The notes under the pieces: generated by a model
Told to the model about the DNA's origin: nothing
The model's database searches: none
Seen by the model: the letters and a program-made list of their open reading frames with translations, nothing else
Source: an archaeon
GTDB lineage: Archaea > Nanobdellota > Nanobdellia > SCGC-AAA011-G17 > GW2011-AR17
Length of the DNA stretch: 64,000 nucleotides
Assembly: GCA_043825775.1 (NCBI GenBank)
Contig: JBDRRK010000012.1
Coordinates: 1,237-65,236, forward strand
Direction of reading: 5' to 3'
Made by a program: the position numbers and the translations under genes
In this document: piece by piece, positions 58,181 through 64,000 of the stretch
Numbering within the stretch: position 1 is the first letter of the stretch
How the letters are laid out: every line of letters starts with the position of its first letter

Positions 58181-58990
58181 ATGAAACATACTTTTAAAGT
58201 TACTTTGATAATACTTGTTTTGTTCTTAGGTGCACAGATAATTGGTTTGTATGTTACTGATCATTTTCTTGGTGAACAAACCTTACCATTAAATATTGAA
58301 AGGCCAGAAGTTAATGAAGGAACTAGTTTCATTGTAATATTTGTATTTATTTTACTGGCTACAGTTCTTGCGTTACTTTTGTTGAGGTTTTCTTTGTTTA
58401 GATTGTGGAAAATGTGGTTTTTACTTAGTGTTTTTTTCACTTTAACTGTTTCATGGAGTGCTTTTATGTGGGAATGGTTGGCTATTGTGTTTGCGATTAT
58501 ATTTGCATTATTGAAAGTGTTTAGGCCAGGAGTTATTACCCATAACTTTACTGAACTGTTTATATATGGTGCATTAGCTGCTATATTTGTTCCTTTACTG
58601 AGTTTACTTTCTGCATCTATATTATTAGTGTTAATTTCTGTGTATGACTATATTGCTGTTAGAAAGACTAAACATATGATTAAGCTAGCAAAGTCTCAAG
58701 GAGAGGCAAAAGTGTTTGCTGGTTTGTTAGTTCCTTATGACAAGAATAAAACTGCTATTTTAGGTGGAGGAGATGTGGGTTTTCCTTTGTTGTTTGCAGG
58801 AGTTGTAATGGTTCACTTTGGTTTTGGTTTATTAGACCCTAGAACTTACATTGTTCCTATATTTGCAATGTTAGGATTGTTTTACTTATTCTGGAAAAGT
58901 GAAAAGAAAAAATATTATCCAGCTATGCCTTATGTTTCAGCTGGTTGTTTTCTTGGACTAGGTCTAGTGTATCTGCTTTCCTTTCTGTAA
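58181..58990 (+). CDS. Presenilin/signal-peptide-peptidase-like intramembrane aspartyl protease (archaeal PSH-like)
   Basis: 'YDYIAV' (YD), 'LGGGDVGFPLLFAG' (GxGD), 'PAMPYVSAG' (PAL-like), 8-9 TM. The ORF-track start 57875 overlaps the convergent ABC gene; internal ATG 58181 is preferred. Confidence 0.55.
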   Translation: MKHTFKVTLIILVLFLGAQIIGLYVTDHFLGEQTLPLNIERPEVNEGTSFIVIFVFILLATVLALLLLRFSLFRLWKMWFLLSVFFTLTVSWSAFMWEWLAIVFAIIFALLKVFRPGVITHNFTELFIYGALAAIFVPLLSLLSASILLVLISVYDYIAVRKTKHMIKLAKSQGEAKVFAGLLVPYDKNKTAILGGGDVGFPLLFAGVVMVHFGFGLLDPRTYIVPIFAMLGLFYLFWKSEKKKYYPAMPYVSAGCFLGLGLVYLLSFL

Positions 58991-59085
58991 ATTCTCTTGA
59001 TTCACAAAAGCATCTTACTGAACTAGGTATTTCATTTGTTTTGAATGAATATATTTGTCCACATTTATTACATACTGCTTCCATT

Positions 59086-59484
59086 TTATGCTGCTCCTTC
59101 ATATTTTATTTCTTGGTATATTGGTTTATCAGCTGGATGAAAGGCATGATTTTCATTATATGCCTGAGCTGATTCAAATAGAATTTTTAAAACTTTTTTT
59201 GTTGGATTTTTTTCAAGATCAATTTTTACTATTCTATCTCTTCCATTAAAAATTTTTAATGGTCTTTGTTTTGCTGGAAATGCTAATTTAAATCCTGCAT
59301 TTGTTTCTGCTTTAGGATCATTTCCAATGTAAATTATTTCTCCAGTATTTGGGTCATAATTGAAATGAATATAATTACATCCAAAACCTTTCCAGTTTCC
59401 TGCATTTCCACCTATACTTTCTTCTGCAAGTTCTATTTCAATACCTACTAATGTGTCTATATTTTTTTCAATTATTTCTTTCAT
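59086..59484 (-). CDS. Hypothetical protein
   Basis: 132-aa ORF, start adjoins the signal peptidase stop. Confidence 0.35.
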   Translation of the reverse strand: MKEIIEKNIDTLVGIEIELAEESIGGNAGNWKGFGCNYIHFNYDPNTGEIIYIGNDPKAETNAGFKLAFPAKQRPLKIFNGRDRIVKIDLEKNPTKKVLKILFESAQAYNENHAFHPADKPIYQEIKYEGAA

Positions 59485-59936
59485 TAGTAAAAAACTCCAA
59501 TTAATTTGTATTTTATTTGGTCTCTTGTTACTGATTCAGGGTCTTGCAAGGTGTTATTATCTCCTTTTAGAATGTAAGTTCCATCTTCTTGGATATCTAT
59601 AATTCTATGTGAAACTAATGTTTCGTTCCATGTTGCCTCATAAGATACAATGTCTCCAATTTGTAGGTTAGTGCTTTCATTTACTGGGATTTCTATTCCA
59701 TTTGCTTCTGCATCTAGTAAAGGGTCCATTGAATTTGTGTCATTGTAGCTTACTAGTATTGCATCTGGAACATTTACAAGAATTCCATTTTCTGTTATTT
59801 TAATTTGGTCCTTTGTAATTGTATCAGAAGGAGAGATAACGTCTCTTGTACTTGTTTCATAGTTAACTGCTAGAACTGCAGTAGTGATTAGAATAATTAA
59901 AGATACAGTGATTAAAATCTTTGATATTAGCCTCAT
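59484..59936 (-). CDS. Signal peptidase I (archaeal Sec11/S26 type)
   Basis: N-terminal TM; 'NSMDPLL' (SMxPtL Ser box), 'GDIVSY', 'HRII' His box. Confidence 0.65.
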   Translation of the reverse strand: MRLISKILITVSLIILITTAVLAVNYETSTRDVISPSDTITKDQIKITENGILVNVPDAILVSYNDTNSMDPLLDAEANGIEIPVNESTNLQIGDIVSYEATWNETLVSHRIIDIQEDGTYILKGDNNTLQDPESVTRDQIKYKLIGVFY

Positions 59937-60051
59937 TTTCTTATTATTTTAGTGGGTTTTTAGGTTTATAAACCTTTCTCTTTTGTTATTACTTATAAAT
60001 AGTATCAATATAAGATTTATAATTGATTTTAAAGAAGATAATTCTGAATAT

Positions 60052-60753
60052 TTAATTTAAAGTAAAATAAACTCTTCTTCTGTTTTTACCCTTGTTTTCA
60101 GCTTTTAAGAATTTTATTTCACCTATCTCTTTTGTATTTTTAACATGAGTTCCACCACAAGCTTCTTTTGCAAACCCTTCTACTTCAATAATTCTTATTT
60201 CTTTGATGTCTTCTGGAAAGCCCTTTGCTAATGAAGTGAAATGATTTCCTAGAATTTTACAAGCTTCTTCCTTTGGAACAATTATCGATTTAACTGTTCT
60301 TCCTTCTTGTGCAATTTTACAAGCTTCTTTTGTGTATTCTTCCATCTTTTCACTATCAAACTTTTCTAAAGAGAAATCAATTCTTGATTTTTCAAGTTCT
60401 AATTGGTTTCCAGTGATTAAAGCTCCTGTTTTTTCATTTATAACATGGCTTAGAACATGTGCTGCTGTGTGTGAACGCATTAATTTGTACCTTCTTTCCC
60501 AATCTATAATGCCTTTTACTTTGTCTCCTGGTTTTAATCCTTCTTTGTCTACTTCATGAGAAATTTTATTATCAAACTTTCCAACAAAGACAACATTATA
60601 CTCTTCCCCATCTTTTATTATTTTTCCAGTATCACAATTTTGTCCACCTGATTTTGGGTAGAAAAGAGTTTCTTGTAAAATTATGAATTTATCATTAACT
60701 TTTTTTACTACAGTTTCAAATTCCTTTTGATAACAATCTTTTAAATATAACAT
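60052..60753 (-). CDS. alaX: AlaX-like tRNA editing protein (Ala-tRNA synthetase second additional domain)
   Basis: 'HTAAHVLSHV' (HxxxH) and 'CGGTHVKNT' zinc motifs. Confidence 0.7.
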   Translation of the reverse strand: MLYLKDCYQKEFETVVKKVNDKFIILQETLFYPKSGGQNCDTGKIIKDGEEYNVVFVGKFDNKISHEVDKEGLKPGDKVKGIIDWERRYKLMRSHTAAHVLSHVINEKTGALITGNQLELEKSRIDFSLEKFDSEKMEEYTKEACKIAQEGRTVKSIIVPKEEACKILGNHFTSLAKGFPEDIKEIRIIEVEGFAKEACGGTHVKNTKEIGEIKFLKAENKGKNRRRVYFTLN

Positions 60754-60762
60754 AGAAAAGGT

Positions 60763-61803
60763 TTAATTTTGTTCTTTTAAATATTTTTTTATTCTTGTTA
60801 TGAACTTTGGAAAATCTTTTTTAGAGATATTTGATCCACAAGCATGTTCATGTCCACCACCATAACCATCAAGACCTTCTTTTGCTTTTTCAACTGCACT
60901 TCTAATATCTTTGTTTTGTGATCTTAAACTCATTACAACCCTATCCTCTTTATTTCTTCCAATAACAATTGTTTTATCTGGATATTTATAGGTTAATTCT
61001 TCTGAAAGCATTCCTGTAAATGAATCTTTTCCAGAAGGATAAGTATAAAGGAGAAAGTTTTCTTTTGTATCTATCATTGATTCTGCTTTTGCAAGCATTT
61101 TTTCATATCTTTTGTTTACAGTTTCATAATATTTGTAAATATATTTTCCTTCTTTTGTTGTTTGGTTTAGGATTTCTTCTGGTGTTTTTACTCTTGTAAG
61201 TATTCTAACACATCTCATTACATCTGAACTTTTACCTTTAAGGATGAATGAGAATATTTTTGTTAAAATCCCTATTGGAGTGTTAAATCTTGCTTCTCCT
61301 GGATCTTTTACTTTGGGTAATAGGTCTTTGTATAGATTTTTAAATTTTTTATCTACTTGTTCTGGAAGAAACCAATCTCCTACTATCCCTGTCATTGCAA
61401 TCCATTCATTTTGTTCTGTAACTTTATAACACCAGTAACATGTAGGTCTGTTATCCTCTTTATCATGCAATAATGGATTGAAATAGTGTGCTCCTTTTAT
61501 TTCATTTGGAGGATGATGATCAATGTAAATTATTGGAACATTAACTTTATCTATAAAATCTTGGGATAGGTGAGGTTTGTCTAGAACAAATATTTTATCT
61601 GGGTGGTATTCTTGAACTTTTCTTAGATATTCTTCACCTAATTTTGGAGTCCCCTTTACCATAACTCCATGTCCTTTTTCAATATGCTTGTATAATAAAA
61701 GGAAACAAGATAGTCCATCTGGATCATCATCAAAAAAGAATAGTGGATTTTCTGATTTTTCCAAATAGTCTCTTATTTTCTTAATTTCTTCAGAGGTTAT
61801 CAT
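60763..61803 (-). CDS. DHH-family phosphoesterase (NrnA/RecJ-like)
   Basis: 'IIYIDHHPP' DHH motif; 'GGGHEHACG' DHHA1 GGGH motif. Confidence 0.7.
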   Translation of the reverse strand: MITSEEIKKIRDYLEKSENPLFFFDDDPDGLSCFLLLYKHIEKGHGVMVKGTPKLGEEYLRKVQEYHPDKIFVLDKPHLSQDFIDKVNVPIIYIDHHPPNEIKGAHYFNPLLHDKEDNRPTCYWCYKVTEQNEWIAMTGIVGDWFLPEQVDKKFKNLYKDLLPKVKDPGEARFNTPIGILTKIFSFILKGKSSDVMRCVRILTRVKTPEEILNQTTKEGKYIYKYYETVNKRYEKMLAKAESMIDTKENFLLYTYPSGKDSFTGMLSEELTYKYPDKTIVIGRNKEDRVVMSLRSQNKDIRSAVEKAKEGLDGYGGGHEHACGSNISKKDFPKFITRIKKYLKEQN

Positions 61804-63335
61804 TTTTTCTTATAAAAGTCTGTATAATCTGCTGGAGGTGTTTCACCCTTTACTTCTCTATACTTGAAAGGTTGCTTTTTTTGTGGTTTTTGTGGTTTTC
61901 TTACAACCATAAAATAATATACAGCTATGCCTCCACCAACTAGAATTATTACTATGATTAAAAAGATTGCGATTGTTTTACCTATTCCATCCTTTGATTC
62001 ACAAACACCTTTATTACATATTTCTCCACTTCCACACTTAACATCTAATAAACAATTTAAGCAGTTTTCACCACTTTCTATTTTTCCATTCCCACATACT
62101 CCTGAAGATGTTTGTTCTGAAAGTATTGAATTAACATCTACATTTTCATCAACTTCTTCAAATAATACTGCAACTGTTACTGTCCAAGTTTTGGTTGTTG
62201 TGTCTGTTCCATCTGAAACTTCTGCTTTTACTGTAAATGAACCTGTATCTGATGCTGTGAATGTGTATGAATCTGATGTTGATACTTCTGTTCCATCTAG
62301 ATACCATTTTATTGTTAATGTTGAATTACTATCTGAATCAGAATATGTTATTGAGAAATCTTGTGTTTCTCCTGAAGATAGGGTTGGATTTGAATCAGGA
62401 GATGATGAGTCTATTGTAGGAGCTGAATTTGTTGATGTTGTTGTTCCATTAACTGTTAATGTTACTGAGTTTGATGTCGCACTTAATGTTCCATCTGTTG
62501 CTGTAAATGTTATTGTTTCTGAACCTGTCCAATCTGCATTTGGATCTAAGGTTGCAGTTGCACCTGAAAATGTAATTACAATGTTTGAGTTTCCAGATGC
62601 TGAATAGTTTAGTGTATCCCCATCAACATCTGAGAAATATGAAGATAATGTTAATGTTTTATTTGTATTGTATTCTATTGTTTGATTTGAAATACTTTCA
62701 GTTAGATAAGGATTATCATTAACTGCAGTTACGTTAACTAAGATTGCATTACTATTTACTGAATTACTTCCCGTTCCTGTGAATGTTATTGTTTCTGAAC
62801 CAGTCCAGTTTGCTCCAGGAGTTAGAGTTACTTGATTGTCTCCTGCTACTGAAACAGCAATATTTGTGTTTCCTGAATAAGTATAGGTTGTTGCACCTGT
62901 AAAATATGTATCCAAGTCAAATGCGTTTGAAGATGTTGTGTCTTCAGTTAGTGTTTGGTTTGTAATTGGTCCTGAGAATGAAACTGTTGTTCCAGCTACT
63001 GTAAATGTGTAATTGGATGCTGCCCAAGCTGTTTCTACTCCTGTTGCTTTACAATTCCAAGTATATGTTCCATCAGACAAAGAGGTTACTTGTTTTGATA
63101 TTGCAATTGAAGTTCCTGCTGTTGAGTTTGTTTCAATTGAAATCCAAGAACCCCCTGTATTTGAATATAATTGTAATGAAGTCATACTAGATACATCAGT
63201 TGCTGAACAGGTCATTGTTACTGTAGAACCTTCTGAAGCTCCATTTGTTGGGCTTGAAAGTGTAACTGTTGGTGCTGCAGCAACGAAAAATGATAATAGA
63301 ATTATAAATGTAAATATCAATATACCTCTTTTCAT
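61800..63335 (-). CDS. S/T-rich surface protein with signal peptide and C-terminal TM anchor
   Basis: Signal 'ILIFTFIILLSFFVAAAP'; repeated T/S-rich Ig-like segments; C-terminal 'IAIFLIIVIILVGGGIAVYYFMVV'. Confidence 0.5.
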   Translation of the reverse strand: MKRGILIFTFIILLSFFVAAAPTVTLSSPTNGASEGSTVTMTCSATDVSSMTSLQLYSNTGGSWISIETNSTAGTSIAISKQVTSLSDGTYTWNCKATGVETAWAASNYTFTVAGTTVSFSGPITNQTLTEDTTSSNAFDLDTYFTGATTYTYSGNTNIAVSVAGDNQVTLTPGANWTGSETITFTGTGSNSVNSNAILVNVTAVNDNPYLTESISNQTIEYNTNKTLTLSSYFSDVDGDTLNYSASGNSNIVITFSGATATLDPNADWTGSETITFTATDGTLSATSNSVTLTVNGTTTSTNSAPTIDSSSPDSNPTLSSGETQDFSITYSDSDSNSTLTIKWYLDGTEVSTSDSYTFTASDTGSFTVKAEVSDGTDTTTKTWTVTVAVLFEEVDENVDVNSILSEQTSSGVCGNGKIESGENCLNCLLDVKCGSGEICNKGVCESKDGIGKTIAIFLIIVIILVGGGIAVYYFMVVRKPQKPQKKQPFKYREVKGETPPADYTDFYKKK

Positions 63336-63366
63336 AAAAGTATAAGAGTTGTTTTTATTTAAAAAA

Positions 63367-64000
63367 TTATCTAAAAATTATACTTGCATAAGAAACAGTA
63401 GAATCTGCTTCTTCTATTTTGTTTGAATTGTAATAACATAATAATTCTGGTTCATTTGAAATGTTTTTTAGTATTTCAATTCCTAGTGCTAAGGGGCTTG
63501 AACCACAAATTGTTGCTTTTGTCCTGTTCATAAATTTTATTAAATCTTCAGAGTTATAGCTTAAGATGTAAGAAATTGCTTCTTTATCTAGATTTTTTAG
63601 TGATTCTTTAATATTGAATTTAAATGGGGTGAAACCAAACTTTTGTCCATGGTGGGTGAAGTCTGAGGAGATTATGATTATAATCTCATTTGATATTTTT
63701 GTTATCTCTTCTGCAAGTTCTTTGTAGTTGTTTGTGTTTGGGCATATGATTGGAACTATTTTTATGTCATTTAATTTATCTTTGTTTGTGTATTGTAAGA
63801 AGGGTAGTTGAATTTCTAATGAATATTCTTGCATGTTATTTGTTATTTTTACTAGTTTTGTTTCTAATAATTTTTTTATGAAGTCTTGATCTGTTCTAAC
63901 TATTCCTAACATTGTTTCAAAAGATTCTTCTGTTGTTGCGTAATTGAAATGAGTGCCTGTATGATCTGGAACAAGGAGGATAAATGTTTTTGGAAATTTA
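63367..64000 (-). CDS. MEMO1/AmmeMemoRadiSam-B-like protein (5' end beyond window)
   Basis: The reading frame stays open upstream of the annotated Met to the window edge (…ILLVPDHTGTHF…); 'DFTHHG' motif; partial. Confidence 0.4.
   Translation of the reverse strand, partial: KFPKTFILLVPDHTGTHFNYATTEESFETMLGIVRTDQDFIKKLLETKLVKITNNMQEYSLEIQLPFLQYTNKDKLNDIKIVPIICPNTNNYKELAEEITKISNEIIIIISSDFTHHGQKFGFTPFKFNIKESLKNLDKEAISYILSYNSEDLIKFMNRTKATICGSSPLALGIEILKNISNEPELLCYYNSNKIEEADSTVSYASIIFR

Overview
The window is AT-rich (about 30% GC) and archaeal. The 16S rRNA carries archaeal signatures (rc 'AAACTTAAAGGAATTGGCGGGGG' and 5' end 'CCCGTTGATCCTGCGGG'). Other archaeal markers are a class I LysRS, an archaeal-type PheST, an intron-containing tRNA, and a reduced RNase P RNA candidate. 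The backbone is housekeeping: lysS(class I), pyrG, mgtE, ppsA, pheS/pheT, alaX-like, signal peptidase, presenilin-like protease, several ABC/MFS transporters, and a minus-strand rRNA operon 16S - tRNA-Ala - 23S. The 23S is followed on the same strand by two small protein genes and an RNase P RNA candidate. No 5S was seen. The main result is an element of about 13 kb (32.86-45.88 kb) inserted at the 3' end of an intron-containing tRNA and bounded by a 13-bp direct repeat. It carries a tyrosine integrase, an RHH protein and a MoxR-type AAA+ ATPase / VWA-MIDAS protein pair. The MoxR and VWA genes are interleaved with two paralogous target genes of a diversity-generating retroelement (DGR). The template repeat (TR) and the two variable repeats (VR) can be read directly from the sequence: 17 of 17 TR/VR mismatches fall on TR adenines, the TR has AAC/AAT codons, and the RT has the 'GNLTSQ' motif. 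The RT is split by a +/-1 frameshift in a G10 homopolymer. The element also carries a RelA/SpoT-synthetase-domain (toxSAS/CapRel-like) gene, an iteron-like repeat region and putative nuclease/HEPN-like genes. Elsewhere, a protein combining a sigma-70 region-4-like HTH with an RNAP alpha-CTD-like C-terminus is anomalous for an archaeon. There is also a SpoT-like HD hydrolase in an NTase-HD-kinase operon, recurrent intergenic motifs, and a truncated dph2.
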